Of a stretch of DNA of 64,000 nucleotides, positions 54,295-64,000 are shown in pieces (position 1 is the stretch's first letter; each line of letters starts with the position of its first letter). The stretch is taken from NCBI GenBank assembly GCA_965209235.1, contig OZ242382.1:1327010-1391009 (forward strand), given 5' to 3'. The notes under the pieces were generated by a model, which did no database searches, was not told the DNA's origin, and saw nothing but the letters and a program-made list of their open reading frames with translations. The stretch comes from Gammaproteobacteria bacterium (GTDB lineage Bacteria; Pseudomonadota; Gammaproteobacteria; G965209235). A program made the position numbers and the translations under genes.

Positions 54295-54569
54295 GAGCAA
54301 TTTCCCGCCGTGCACCTCGCTGAGACCGAAGGTCGTAACGAGGCGTACGCTGACGTGCCATGAGCACGTGGGTTGACTACATTATCGGGTCAACGCGCGG
54401 AGCCGTACCGCAACGCTATTGACAGGCACTTGATCAGCACCGCGTCGTTGTGCTGTTCTTGGTGACATATGACTGGCTGAAAACTTCAAAAGTGAGACAG
54501 TATCCAGTTTCTATTTATTGCGCTGGAATTGAAGTTCTTTGGTTTTTCGCTGCCGCTTCATAAAGGCAA

Positions 54570-55385
54570 TCAACACGTCGAGCAGATCCATGATGGCCAA
54601 GCGTTGTTCAGTGTTCTCTGCCAGAACTCAGCATCCTCTCGGCGTTGAGTAGACAGGAAGAGAGCGCTCCCGCTGCCCGATAGGCGCGGTCTCCCCAAAC
54701 GCGAGAGCGCTTCCCAGCACCGCTTCACTTCAGCGTGTTGCCTCGCGGCGTCTTCAAATCCATTGTGACCTTCTTGTATGGCGGCCGCAACAGAATCTGC
54801 TGAAGCGGGCACGCGAACTGGCAGTTCTCGGTGCACCAGGCGCTTGTCATTGAACATCTCTTGCGTGGATAACCCGATGTGCGGCATCACGACCAAAAAT
54901 ACCGTGTCAACCGGAGCCATCGGCTGAGTCTCTGTGCCTGTCCCCCAGACCTGAGCGGGTTGTCTGGGAATGAAGAAGGGCACATCAGCGCCCAGCGTCC
55001 CGCCGATCGTGCGTAGCTCGCGATCGGGCAACCGCAATGTCCACAGTTGATTGAGGGCGAGGAGCGTTGTTGCGGCGTCGCTTGATCCGCCTCCCAATCC
55101 TGCGCCAATGGGGATATGCTTCATCAGTCGTATGTCGCACCCTAAGTCCGGGCGACGGACATGCGTACGAAGCGCCGTTGCTGCGCGCTCACACAGGTTG
55201 GCGTGACCTTGAAGAGGGTGATGCCCTGTGTTGAAGGCAATGACGTGGTCGTTGCGCGTCACGATCTCAAGCTCATCGCATAACGAGATAGGGGTCATGG
55301 CGGACCAGATGTCGTGATATCCGTCGTCGCGCCGGGATCCGATGTGCAGGAACAGATTGAGCTTTGCGCAGGCTTTAAACCTCAA
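54570..55385 (-). CDS. ispE: 4-(cytidine 5'-diphospho)-2-C-methyl-D-erythritol kinase
   Basis: Motifs 'KLNLFLHI' and GHMP motif 'PIGAGLGGGSSDAA'. Confidence 0.92.
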   Translation of the reverse strand: MRFKACAKLNLFLHIGSRRDDGYHDIWSAMTPISLCDELEIVTRNDHVIAFNTGHHPLQGHANLCERAATALRTHVRRPDLGCDIRLMKHIPIGAGLGGGSSDAATTLLALNQLWTLRLPDRELRTIGGTLGADVPFFIPRQPAQVWGTGTETQPMAPVDTVFLVVMPHIGLSTQEMFNDKRLVHRELPVRVPASADSVAAAIQEGHNGFEDAARQHAEVKRCWEALSRLGRPRLSGSGSALFLSTQRREDAEFWQRTLNNAWPSWICSTC

Positions 55386-55885
55386 CCCGACAGCGCCTCA
55401 GATGATGTGGCCACCACGATGAGCCGAACGCGATTCGGGTGAAACAGCAGTGTTAATGAGCGCGGCGCTCCTTCCGAGTGCACTCCCAAGCGTAATTTCG
55501 GAAGATCTCGCAACAGTGAGCGGTCTTTCACTCTCGCAACCAGATCTAACGAGGCGGCGAGCGCGCGAGGATTCAACGATGACAGTTTGTTCACTTCATC
55601 GGGGGCCGCATCCCAGTTGAGTGATAGCTTCCCGCGCCCGCGGCATCTCGGCCACACGATGTTGAGGACTTCAACGCCCTGAGGGGTTTGCAGCGACAGA
55701 GAGCAGCGGGTGGGTTCCTCGACGGTAAAAATAGCAACACCTGTATCCACCAATGTGCGTCCTTGATGCCACGCGTACTTCATGGTGTACGCGCTGTTGT
55801 CCGCGGGAGACAAAGGGATGCTCTGACATCCCACCAAAAAGAGTGTGAGCGTCAGGATCGCATAAGGGCTAGTGAACTGGCGCAT
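55382..55885 (-). CDS. lolB: outer-membrane lipoprotein LolB
   Basis: The start is set at the ATG at 55885 (TGATG overlap with the upstream stop), giving 'MRQFTSPYAILTLTLFLVGCQS' (lipobox). lolB-ispE synteny. Confidence 0.8.
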   Translation of the reverse strand: MRQFTSPYAILTLTLFLVGCQSIPLSPADNSAYTMKYAWHQGRTLVDTGVAIFTVEEPTRCSLSLQTPQGVEVLNIVWPRCRGRGKLSLNWDAAPDEVNKLSSLNPRALAASLDLVARVKDRSLLRDLPKLRLGVHSEGAPRSLTLLFHPNRVRLIVVATSSEALSG

Positions 55886-57522
55886 CAGTGGCCGGTTTCC
55901 GTGTCTGGCCCTGACAGTCCGAGCGTTTCTATCACGACGTCGAAGTGCTCCGTAATTTCCGGATCGGGGCATCCGTCGCTACAAATACGCTCAAGAAGAT
56001 CGTATGCCTCTGCAGATCGCCCATCAAGATGCATGACCCACGCATGAGTATCGACATACGAATCAGTGTCTGGACTGAGCTTCAGTGCTTTCAGCACGTG
56101 GGTCTCTGCCTCCCGCAAATCGCCTCCTCTAATGGCAAGCACGTAGGCATAGTCGTTATGCAGCCCAGCGAGAGCGTGGCGCTGGGACGCTGCTTCCTTC
56201 CAGAGCACCAGTGCAGCGGGTATATCGCCGCTGGCGTACGCGACTTGACCCCGCAACCAACCAAGACCCGGATCGGCGATTTGATGTCCCAAATGGGTTT
56301 TCAGCAGCCATATCGCTGTTGAGGGTTGCTGTTGCAATGCACTGACCCACATGTCTCGTTCGGCATCAAAATCTGAGTCGCGAAGTCGTGCGCGCGTTTG
56401 TCTCGCAATCCGGGAGAGTGTGAGCAACAGCGCAGTCGGTGCCGGGCCTGCAACGTTGCTGAAGTCGCTCAAGATTGCCGTGATGGAGTCGGCCGACAGA
56501 CCGTCTTGATGACTCAGTGCGAGGTAGTGAGCTGCGAGCTCGAAATTGCCGATGAACGCCAGGCAAAAAATACGTAAAAAGCGCGCTGTTTGCCCGCGAT
56601 CAGGATCTTCGACCAGCGTTTGGGCAATTTGAAAACCGGCATCGAAATATCCGCTGTTGGCCAACCAAATCGCGGTGAGCAGTTGTACATCCGGATCGTC
56701 TTGTTCCCACATGGTGCGCAGTCCCAGTTGGGAGACGGCGTTCGCACCTTTAATGGTTGCGCGTTCTTCTGTCGGCAACGAGACGACGCGTCTGAGGTAG
56801 GTGGTCGTGAGCACGTGGCGAAAGGCGGGGTCGTTCACCAGTCCGTCCGCCACGTTCCCGAGTGACCGCCACCGACTGGGGTGAAGCGCGAGATATCGAA
56901 CCACGGTGACGCGCACGCCGGGCGGTGCGGCATTGAAGAGCTGGGTCAGCGAAGTCATGAAAGACTCGTCTGGCGCGAGCATCATCGTGATAGCAGTGTC
57001 TGTAAGGCCCGCATTGGCGCAGTTGAGCACCTCGATCTCTCGAACAAGCCATGGTGCGCTGAGCACGATTGAGGCGGCAAGGCCATCAGCCGGTTGCGAC
57101 TCACGGACGCCACAGGCACTCTGTCGCGAGATCGTTCCCTGTTGAGAGAGGGACGCCAGAGCGATGTAACGCAAGTGAGAAAACGCGGGAGTGATTTCAG
57201 ACGAGGCAGTCGTATGCTCATCGCTCAGACGCATGATCGGGAGCGTCGATGGGGAGGTGCGCGCCGTTAAAGCCGAAATGACTCGGCGCGCGGCAACAAC
57301 AATATCCGTGTCTGAGGTGGCCAGTCTGAGTATCTCACGCGTCGTCAGTTCGGGGGACCCAAGGCTGCGATCAGCGACAAATGCGCGTGCCGCCGAGCGT
57401 AAGCCTTCATAATTCGCGGAACTCTGTGTTCCCGATTGACGTGGGACACCCATTGCGGTTGTGGTCGCTATGCCAAGCGCACACAAGGTAATACACCAAC
57501 GGCTGACATCGGTGACTGACAT
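55885..57522 (-). CDS. tetratricopeptide-repeat protein (conserved neighbour of lolB)
   Basis: TPR-like repeats in the C-terminal half. Signal-like N-terminus from the internal ATG at 57522 ('MSVTDVSRWCITLCALGIATTTAMG'). Confidence 0.65.
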   Translation of the reverse strand: MSVTDVSRWCITLCALGIATTTAMGVPRQSGTQSSANYEGLRSAARAFVADRSLGSPELTTREILRLATSDTDIVVAARRVISALTARTSPSTLPIMRLSDEHTTASSEITPAFSHLRYIALASLSQQGTISRQSACGVRESQPADGLAASIVLSAPWLVREIEVLNCANAGLTDTAITMMLAPDESFMTSLTQLFNAAPPGVRVTVVRYLALHPSRWRSLGNVADGLVNDPAFRHVLTTTYLRRVVSLPTEERATIKGANAVSQLGLRTMWEQDDPDVQLLTAIWLANSGYFDAGFQIAQTLVEDPDRGQTARFLRIFCLAFIGNFELAAHYLALSHQDGLSADSITAILSDFSNVAGPAPTALLLTLSRIARQTRARLRDSDFDAERDMWVSALQQQPSTAIWLLKTHLGHQIADPGLGWLRGQVAYASGDIPAALVLWKEAASQRHALAGLHNDYAYVLAIRGGDLREAETHVLKALKLSPDTDSYVDTHAWVMHLDGRSAEAYDLLERICSDGCPDPEITEHFDVVIETLGLSGPDTETGH

Positions 57523-57556
57523 CCGATGGCGAGCCACACGTCGACGATAAACGGTT

Positions 57557-58891
57557 ATGCCCAACATTATCCAACGTTCCAGAGATTCGCATCACAACTT
57601 TTTGTGTTTGACGATTGCCTGGCAACGTGCTGACATTGCAACGCGCGAGAGAGTTGCGCTCACGCGCAGCGACGTCGTCAAGTTCGGGGCGTTCATCGTG
57701 GCTCGTGCTGGTGTCGATGGGTGCATCGTTATCAGCACCTGCAATCGTTTTGAGGTGTACGTTTCGCGATCGGGACCAGACATCAAAGTGGAGGTCTGCG
57801 AAGCAACCATCGCTGAATTTTTTGGCATTGATCGCACATTCTTCTCGGAAATTGCACACCTGCACGTCGGCACCGAAGCGGTGCTGATGCACGCAGCGCG
57901 GCTGGCGAGCGGGCTTGAGTCTCGTATTGTTGGCGAGAAGGAAATCTTGGGTCAATGGCGCCGGGCTGCCCGTGACGCGAAACAGTACGGATTTGTCTCA
58001 CCGGCTCTGAGCAGGTTGTCCTCCGAAGTCATTAGTGTGGCTCGGACAGTGCGCAAACGGGTGGGATTTCAGATCAATCCGCCCAACATCAGTGCGATGT
58101 CGAAGCGCTTGGCGCGCTTGGTGTTTGGCCACGAGCCGCTCAATATCACGGTGCTAGGCACGGGTGAGGTGGCCACAAGCCTCTTGCGTTATTGGTCCAG
58201 GCACAGCCCAAAATCGTTGTCGGTAATATCACATGCACCAGAGCGCGCCAACGCCTTAGGCAGACGTTACAGCGCGCAGCCGTACAGCATTCGTGATTTA
58301 ACGACAGCCTTAGAGCACGCGGATCTTCTTCTTTGCGCGAGTGAGGCCAATCGGCGCCTGATTACGCACAGCGCATTAGATGAGGCAACCAGTCGTCGCA
58401 AGCGCCCCATGCTCGTCGTGGATTACGCAGTGCCAAGAAATGTCGAGCCATCGTGCGCGTCCTTGACGAGTGTGTATCTGCGCGACCTTGAATCCATTGC
58501 CAAAATGGTGGATCAGGAGATGGCCCACTGGCATGAAAAGGTCGCACTTGCTGAGTCTTTCCTCGATGATCTCGTTCATATGGACGTGGTATCTGACGGG
58601 ATTGAAGACATCAGCGCCGCGCATCAGTGGCTAGAGCGGGTGTCAGAGTCCTACAAGGAAGCGGCCATGCGTATCGCGCGCAGCGAACTACGCAGCGGCA
58701 TATCCCCTGACGCTGCGCTTGAGCGATTGGCGGAGCAATTGAGGCGCTCCATGTTGCATCTGCCGAGGGTGTGGCTGAATCACGGCAGTGTCTGGCTGCC
58801 AGATCAATTGCGCGTGGATGTTCCATCCGCAAAGAGACAACGCGAGGATAAAGCCGAGCTCACCTCCGCTGAGGGTCGCCATGGAAGCTGA
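57557..58891 (+). CDS. hemA: glutamyl-tRNA reductase
   Basis: Motifs 'ATRERVAL' and 'ISTCNRFEVY'. An alternative TTG start lies at 57602. Confidence 0.9.
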   Translation: MPNIIQRSRDSHHNFLCLTIAWQRADIATRERVALTRSDVVKFGAFIVARAGVDGCIVISTCNRFEVYVSRSGPDIKVEVCEATIAEFFGIDRTFFSEIAHLHVGTEAVLMHAARLASGLESRIVGEKEILGQWRRAARDAKQYGFVSPALSRLSSEVISVARTVRKRVGFQINPPNISAMSKRLARLVFGHEPLNITVLGTGEVATSLLRYWSRHSPKSLSVISHAPERANALGRRYSAQPYSIRDLTTALEHADLLLCASEANRRLITHSALDEATSRRKRPMLVVDYAVPRNVEPSCASLTSVYLRDLESIAKMVDQEMAHWHEKVALAESFLDDLVHMDVVSDGIEDISAAHQWLERVSESYKEAAMRIARSELRSGISPDAALERLAEQLRRSMLHLPRVWLNHGSVWLPDQLRVDVPSAKRQREDKAELTSAEGRHGS

Positions 58892-59951
58892 TTTCCGTCA
58901 AGTGGCATTGGATGCCGAAGCGCGTCTCAAGTCGATTGATGACCAACTGCTCGATCCCGTCATCGTGTCCGATCAGACGCTCGTGGCAGATTTGCTGAGG
59001 CGTCGATCGAAAACAGCTGAACTTGGGGAGTTCGGAAGAGCGCTTATGGAGTGCGAGGAAGAATTGGCGGAAGCGCGGGAAATGTTGTCTACTGGCGACG
59101 CGGACATGGTCGGCATGGCTAAGGATGAAGTCGCGCAGTTAGAAAAGAGGCATGGTTCCGTCATGGGGGACATCCGATCGTATGTCGCGAGCAAGGCGGA
59201 GCGTGATGATCGCGCGTGCTGGGTGGAGGTTCGCGCAGGAACAGGAGGCGGTGAAGCTTCTATTTTTGCGGCAGATCTCGCTCGTATGTATTTGCGTTAT
59301 GCCGAGCGCCAAGGCTGGCAAGCTGAAATCGTCAACTCCCAAGAAACCGAGGTCGGTGGCCTGCGATTGATGGTGATGCATATTGATGCTGAAGGTGCAT
59401 ACACCTTGCTGCGCCATGAGTCTGGTGTCCATCGCGTGCAGCGTGTGCCAGCAACTGAGAGCCAGGGGCGAGTCCATACATCAGCTTGTTCCGTCGTGGT
59501 GCTGCCCGAAGCTGATGCAGAGATTGTGGAAGGACTTGAGAAGAGTGATCTGCGCGTTGATACGTTTCGGGCGTCCGGAGCGGGCGGGCAGCACGTGAAC
59601 AAGACGGACTCAGCCATCCGAATCACGCACTTGCCGACGGGGCTCAAGGCGGAGTGCCAGTCTGAACGCTCGCAGCATCAAAACCGCGCGAGAGCACTGG
59701 CTGCGCTCGCAGCGAAATTACAAGATCGCGCCGATCAACAACGGCGCCAACAACTGGATGACGTCAGACGGAAAACTGTGGGTAGCGGGGATCGTTCGGA
59801 AAAAATCCGCACCTACAACTTTCCGGCCAACCGTGTCACCGATCACCGCATCAAGCTTTCCATTAATGCCCTGACTGATGTGATGGCCGGTGACTTGCAT
59901 CGCATCCTCACAGCGTTGGATGATGCGGCCATGGCTCGCGTGGCCGTATGA
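58881..59951 (+). CDS. prfA: peptide chain release factor 1
   Basis: RF1 'PAT' tripeptide ('RVPATESQGRVHTS') and 'SGAGGQHVNKT'. The start is set at the ATG at 58881. Confidence 0.95.
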   Translation: MEADFRQVALDAEARLKSIDDQLLDPVIVSDQTLVADLLRRRSKTAELGEFGRALMECEEELAEAREMLSTGDADMVGMAKDEVAQLEKRHGSVMGDIRSYVASKAERDDRACWVEVRAGTGGGEASIFAADLARMYLRYAERQGWQAEIVNSQETEVGGLRLMVMHIDAEGAYTLLRHESGVHRVQRVPATESQGRVHTSACSVVVLPEADAEIVEGLEKSDLRVDTFRASGAGGQHVNKTDSAIRITHLPTGLKAECQSERSQHQNRARALAALAAKLQDRADQQRRQQLDDVRRKTVGSGDRSEKIRTYNFPANRVTDHRIKLSINALTDVMAGDLHRILTALDDAAMARVAV

Positions 59952-60769
59952 CGAGAGCACCATCCATTGCTCAGATCTTGTCTTTGCACACAACGTTGGA
60001 TGCGATGGATGTACGCCTCATGATTTCCAAGGCCGTCGGACGTTCGATGTCATGGGTCTACGCACACCCTGAAGCGACGATCAATGATGAAGAGTATGCC
60101 ACGCTACGATGCTGGATTGATCGACGGCTTGATGGTTGGTCGGTCTCCCACATAACCGGGGAAAAAGAGTTCTTTGGATTACAGTATCTCATCACAAAAA
60201 ACGTCCTCTCTCCGAGAGAGGAGACAGAAATCTTGGTGGAGCTGACCTTGAAAGAGCTGCCACGCGGTGGTCGGTTTGCAGACCTTGGTACTGGCAGCGG
60301 CGCGATCGCTGTTGCGGTCGGTCATCGACGTCCGGATGCTGTTGGGTTAGCCATCGATATTTCACCTCGCGCCGCTGAGTGCGCCATGGCAAACGTGCGA
60401 ACACATGCGCTTCGCAATGTGTTTGGCCTGGTTGGTTCGTGGGCCGATGCCATCGCTGATCACTCTCTGGATGTGTTGGTGTCGAACCCGCCGTACATCA
60501 AAGAAGGGGATGCATGGTTGCTGGGTGACGGGGTGAGCCGTGAGCCGAGCCTTGCCCTCACGAGCGGCACAGATGGCTTGTGTGCGCTGAAGAATCTGAT
60601 TGCGGCATCTCGTCGGGTTTTACAGCCCAAGGGATGTTGTATCGTGGAGCATGGCGCCGAGCAGCGCGATGAGGTGGTGGCGTTGTTCCGTGCCGATGGG
60701 TATGAGAATCTTGACACCGCTGACGATATAGCAGGACTGCCACGCGCCGTGGTCGCGCGCCTCTCGTGA
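59948..60769 (+). CDS. prmC: release factor glutamine N5-methyltransferase
   Basis: Motifs 'DLGTGSGAIAV' and 'SNPPYI'. Confidence 0.92.
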   Translation: MTRAPSIAQILSLHTTLDAMDVRLMISKAVGRSMSWVYAHPEATINDEEYATLRCWIDRRLDGWSVSHITGEKEFFGLQYLITKNVLSPREETEILVELTLKELPRGGRFADLGTGSGAIAVAVGHRRPDAVGLAIDISPRAAECAMANVRTHALRNVFGLVGSWADAIADHSLDVLVSNPPYIKEGDAWLLGDGVSREPSLALTSGTDGLCALKNLIAASRRVLQPKGCCIVEHGAEQRDEVVALFRADGYENLDTADDIAGLPRAVVARLS

Positions 60770-61533
60770 AGCCAGAAGAGCTCCTTCGGTTCTCTCGTCA
60801 CCTTGTCCTTCCAAGCGTCGGCGCAACCGGACAAGACCGCCTTCGTCAAACCCGCGCATTGGTGATCGGAGCAGGTGGTATTGGCATCCCGGCTGCAACG
60901 TATCTGGCGACGAGTGGCATTGGCCAGCTAACGATCGTGGATGACGACTGCGTGGATATCACAAACCTACCACGTCAAGTTGTCTTCACCCCATCGGACA
61001 TCGGACGTCCCAAAGCGAAAGTGCTGGCTGACCATCTGATGCCACGCGCAACTGGAGTCATTCAATCACGCCACCAGCGAGCACAGCTAGGCACGATCTC
61101 GTTATTGATTGACGGACATGATGTTGTCATCGACTGCACGGACACATTTCCATCGCGTGACTTGGTAGCGAAAGCCTGTTTTGCCCGGCGTCGTCCTCTC
61201 ATTCGGGCTGCGGTCATTCAGACGACCGGGCAGTTGTTGTGTCTGTCTCATCAGTCTCCTCAGCTCTGTGCGCGATGTGTCTTTCCGTCGGTATCCCAAG
61301 ATGGTTCTGACTTGTGCGCAGACCTTGGCGTGCTGGCACCTCTTGCGGGGATGGTTGGCATGATGGCAACTGCCGTTGTCATTCAGGCGCTCAGTTATCC
61401 GGAGATCAACTGGCCAGACCGCCTTGTCGCGATGGAACTAGCGCCTTGGCGCATGCGTGATCTGTCCATACAGCGCGATGAGCACTGCGAATGGTGTTCG
61501 CTAAAGGAGGCAGGTGATGCGCGGATACATTGA
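60766..61533 (+). CDS. moeB: ThiF/MoeB-family adenylyltransferase (molybdopterin-synthase adenylyltransferase-like)
   Basis: Motifs 'RFSRHLVLPSVGATGQDRL', 'VIGAGGIG', 'CARC' and 'CEWC'. Confidence 0.85.
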   Translation: MKPEELLRFSRHLVLPSVGATGQDRLRQTRALVIGAGGIGIPAATYLATSGIGQLTIVDDDCVDITNLPRQVVFTPSDIGRPKAKVLADHLMPRATGVIQSRHQRAQLGTISLLIDGHDVVIDCTDTFPSRDLVAKACFARRRPLIRAAVIQTTGQLLCLSHQSPQLCARCVFPSVSQDGSDLCADLGVLAPLAGMVGMMATAVVIQALSYPEINWPDRLVAMELAPWRMRDLSIQRDEHCEWCSLKEAGDARIH

Positions 61534-62584
61534 AGGGTGGTGGGGTCAAAAGCTGACTCCCGACGATCGAACGATCATCCTCCAAGCTCTGGGATCCCTC
61601 CCGTACCCGTGTACGTACCTGCACGCGCCAAAACATGATGCGTGGCATCGCGCACGCTGGCGCGATCCTTACCCCCAGTCCACGCAGCTCGAACTGGTTG
61701 ATCTCGTGCGGAAAGCGCAGCAGTACAAAGTCAAAGTCGCCTTGGGAATTTCGCCGGGTGTCGGCTGGCAAGGGACACCAGCCGATATGGATGCGCTAAA
61801 ACGCAAAGTGGCATCGTTGGTGTCGTTGGCGCCGCAGACGATTTGCGTGCTGTTTGATGACGTTACCGTGGGGAACAAATTGGAGCAGGCAGGACAGTCG
61901 CATGCGCAAGCCGCGGCAGCGATAAAAACTATGCTACCGCAACAGTGCGACCTTTGGCTCGTCCCCACTCACTATTGCGATCAAGTGGCCAAAACGACCC
62001 CTGACCAATCGTTGTACTTGCGCGGTCTTTTGAGCAAGCTTCCACAGAGCGTCCGATTTGTGTGGTGTGGTGATCGGGTTATCCCCGAAACCCTTGATGC
62101 AACGGAGGTGCGTAGGGTTACTGATACTGTATCCAGTAACCCGATTGTGTTGTGGGACAACCTGTACGCGACAGATTACCGGCCGGAGCGGCTGTGGTAC
62201 ACCGCTCCGGTTGGCCGTGAGCCACACGATATCGATCGTCACGTGGAAGGGTGGTTGCTGAACATGTCAGGTCGTCCAAGAACGGACGCACTGATGTTGG
62301 CGTGGGCCAACGGAATGACAGGGTCAGATATGGAGCAGGCGATCACGAAAGAAGGGGCACCTGCGGGGCTGCACGAGATGCTCATAGCGGTCGGGGCACC
62401 GCTCTCGAATGAGGCATGGAAAGCGCACTCCACCGAACAGTTGCGGGCGTGGTTTGATCTTACGTACAGAACTCTATTTTCGTGGGCAGGCGACCTTGCT
62501 GAAGAGTGGTATTTACCGCTACATGCCATGCGCCGGGCGATGGGAGACGAGATGGCGCGTCGCACACGCCATAATTCCAAGTAA
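61514..62584 (+). CDS. GH84-like beta-N-acetylglucosaminidase (O-GlcNAcase/NagJ catalytic-domain homolog), no signal peptide
   Basis: Ordered matches to GH84 landmarks: 'GYIEGWWGQKL', 'TYLHAPKHDAWHRARWRDPYP', 'VLFDDV' (catalytic DD), 'LVPTHY', 'FVWCGDRVI' and 'VLWDNLYATDY'. Confidence 0.7.
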   Translation: MMRGYIEGWWGQKLTPDDRTIILQALGSLPYPCTYLHAPKHDAWHRARWRDPYPQSTQLELVDLVRKAQQYKVKVALGISPGVGWQGTPADMDALKRKVASLVSLAPQTICVLFDDVTVGNKLEQAGQSHAQAAAAIKTMLPQQCDLWLVPTHYCDQVAKTTPDQSLYLRGLLSKLPQSVRFVWCGDRVIPETLDATEVRRVTDTVSSNPIVLWDNLYATDYRPERLWYTAPVGREPHDIDRHVEGWLLNMSGRPRTDALMLAWANGMTGSDMEQAITKEGAPAGLHEMLIAVGAPLSNEAWKAHSTEQLRAWFDLTYRTLFSWAGDLAEEWYLPLHAMRRAMGDEMARRTRHNSK

Positions 62585-62605
62585 CGCCCTATACATTCGT
62601 TGATT

Positions 62606-64000
62606 ATGAAAGGCCGCATGAACCCCGCTCCACTCCTGATTTCGGAGCTTATTGACCACGCGGAGCGGTACCACACGGAGCGTGCTGTGATTTCGCGTAC
62701 GCCGCAAGATGGCATTGTGGATACCAACTATGGCAAAGTGGCAGCACGGTCACGCCAGTTCGCATCGCTCTTGGCGAGGCTTGGTGTCAAGAAAGGACAG
62801 ACCGTCGGCACACTAGCGTGGAACACGCACCGGCATCTTGAAACCTACTTTGCCGTGAGCGGCATGGGTGCGGTTCTTCATACCGTCAACCCGAGGCTAT
62901 TTGCCGACCAACTGACGTACATCATGAATCATGCAGAAGACAAGGTCATGTGTGTGGATGTCACGATGGTGCCGATTATTGAGCAGATCCAAGGCGCATT
63001 AGAAACAGTGTCTCACGTGATCGTCTTCGGGCGCGAAGGGGATGTTGATGTCTCTGGCATCACGATTGAAACGATCTTCTACGAAGACGCCATTGCTCGC
63101 GAGAGTGATGACTTTGCATGGGCCATGCTTGAGGAAGATGACGCAGCGGCGCTGTGCTACACCTCGGGGACCACCGGTAACCCGAAAGGCGTGTTGTATT
63201 CGCACCGATCCACGCTCTTGCATGCATGGGGCCTCGCATCAGGCGATGGTCTCGGCCTGAACACGCGTGACTCCATCTTGCCAGTCGTGCCGATGTTCCA
63301 TGTCAATGCATGGGGCGTTCCGTATGCCTGCGCCGCGATGGGTGCCAAGCTCGTGCTACCTGGCGCAGCTCTCGATGGGCCGTCACTGGAAGAGCTGATT
63401 CATCGTGAGAAAGTCACTCAGATGCTGGGTGTGCCCACCGTGTGGCTTGGCTTGTTGTCGCATATGCGTTCCGTCGGCAGAACGCTCGACAGTGTTCGTA
63501 CCGCCGTGGTAGGTGGCTCGGCGGCACCCCGCGCTCTCATCAAAGAATTCGATGAAGTGCATGGTGTGTTTTTGATGCATGCGTGGGGCATGACGGAAAT
63601 GAGCCCCATTGGCACATTCAATCCTCTCACCCCCGAGTTGGAGGCGATGGATAGCGAAAAGCGCTACGATTGCCAAACGTCACCAGGGCGATGCGTCTTT
63701 GGTGTGGAAGCTCGGGTGATCAAAGATGATGGTCAAGAGCAACCGAAAGATGGCAAATCCTTCGGAAGCTTGATGGTGCGAGGCCCGTGGGTGCTTGAGC
63801 GCTACCACAAGATGGATGAGCCGGCCACCGATGCTGACGGCTGGTTCGATACGGGAGACATTGCAACGGTTGATGCGAAGGGATTTATTCGTATCGTGGA
63901 CCGTGCGAAAGATGTCATCAAATCAGGAGGCGAGTGGATCAGTTCCATTGACGTGGAAAACATGGCCGTTGCGCATCCTAAAGTTCAAGAAGCATGTGTG
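62606..64000 (+). CDS. AMP-dependent acyl-CoA synthetase (fatty-acid-CoA ligase), 3'-truncated by window edge
   Basis: The frame is open from the ATG at 62606 to the window end (not in the ORF track). AMP-binding motif '[18 protein letters not shown]'. Confidence 0.85.
   Translation, partial: MKGRMNPAPLLISELIDHAERYHTERAVISRTPQDGIVDTNYGKVAARSRQFASLLARLGVKKGQTVGTLAWNTHRHLETYFAVSGMGAVLHTVNPRLFADQLTYIMNHAEDKVMCVDVTMVPIIEQIQGALETVSHVIVFGREGDVDVSGITIETIFYEDAIARESDDFAWAMLEEDDAAALCYTSGTTGNPKGVLYSHRSTLLHAWGLASGDGLGLNTRDSILPVVPMFHVNAWGVPYACAAMGAKLVLPGAALDGPSLEELIHREKVTQMLGVPTVWLGLLSHMRSVGRTLDSVRTAVVGGSAAPRALIKEFDEVHGVFLMHAWGMTEMSPIGTFNPLTPELEAMDSEKRYDCQTSPGRCVFGVEARVIKDDGQEQPKDGKSFGSLMVRGPWVLERYHKMDEPATDADGWFDTGDIATVDAKGFIRIVDRAKDVIKSGGEWISSIDVENMAVAHPKVQEACV

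Noticed and set aside
54372-54394. The GTTGAC-N11-GTCAAC palindrome reads as TTGAC(-35)-like boxes on both strands and could be a promoter.
   Set aside because: The candidate -10 elements (ATTATC / GATAAT) lie only 2-3 nt from the -35-like hexamers, which is incompatible with sigma70 spacing. It is kept only as an unexplained palindrome in the spacer finding.
58788-58880. The long upstream extension of the prfA ORF overlaps hemA and might suggest recoding or frameshifting as in prfB.
   Set aside because: RF1 genes are not known to use programmed frameshifting. The internal ATG at 58881 gives a normal RF1 N-terminus ('MEADFRQVALDAEARL'), so the extension is just an open frame.

Overview
This is a 64-kb chromosomal segment with gammaproteobacterial (Pseudomonas / marine-gamma-like) housekeeping synteny. 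I count about 63 protein-coding genes and 2 tRNAs (His-GUG, Gln-UUG). I saw no rRNA, CRISPR array, transposase, integrase or phage genes by eye. Recognisable blocks: an acyl-CoA dehydrogenase pair plus thiolase; selO-thiL-pgpA-ribA; PQQ quinohemoprotein ADH, TonB-dependent receptor, xseB-ispA-dxs (minus strand); ubiG-HAD-SDR; nadE plus pseudouridine synthase; hupB-ppiD; fabI; tig-clpP-clpX-lon-pyrG-kdsA-eno-(ftsB-like)-ispD-ispF-DUF368-acs; dcp; ALDH7-like plus ThDP enzyme; ggt; ychF-pth-rplY-prs-tRNA-Gln-ispE-lolB-TPR (minus strand) facing hemA-prfA-prmC-moeB-GH84-like. The stand-out locus is 17.5-22.6 kb, especially 19758-21975. It encodes a Sec-signal-peptide protein whose C-terminal ~90 aa are almost entirely E-G-[S/D]-C-G pentapeptides (11 Cys, all in that motif). 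This is followed by a DUF692/MNIO-type oxidase and a DUF2063-type partner protein. That is the architecture of a cysteine-modifying RiPP/metallophore system (methanobactin MbnBC-, bufferin BufBC-, HvfBC-like). Here it carries a Ser-for-Lys, strongly acidic motif variant, an internal 102-bp duplication, and an unusual DoxX / FMN-oxidoreductase / pdxH neighbourhood. All functional calls come from motif recognition and synteny by eye; no database search was possible.
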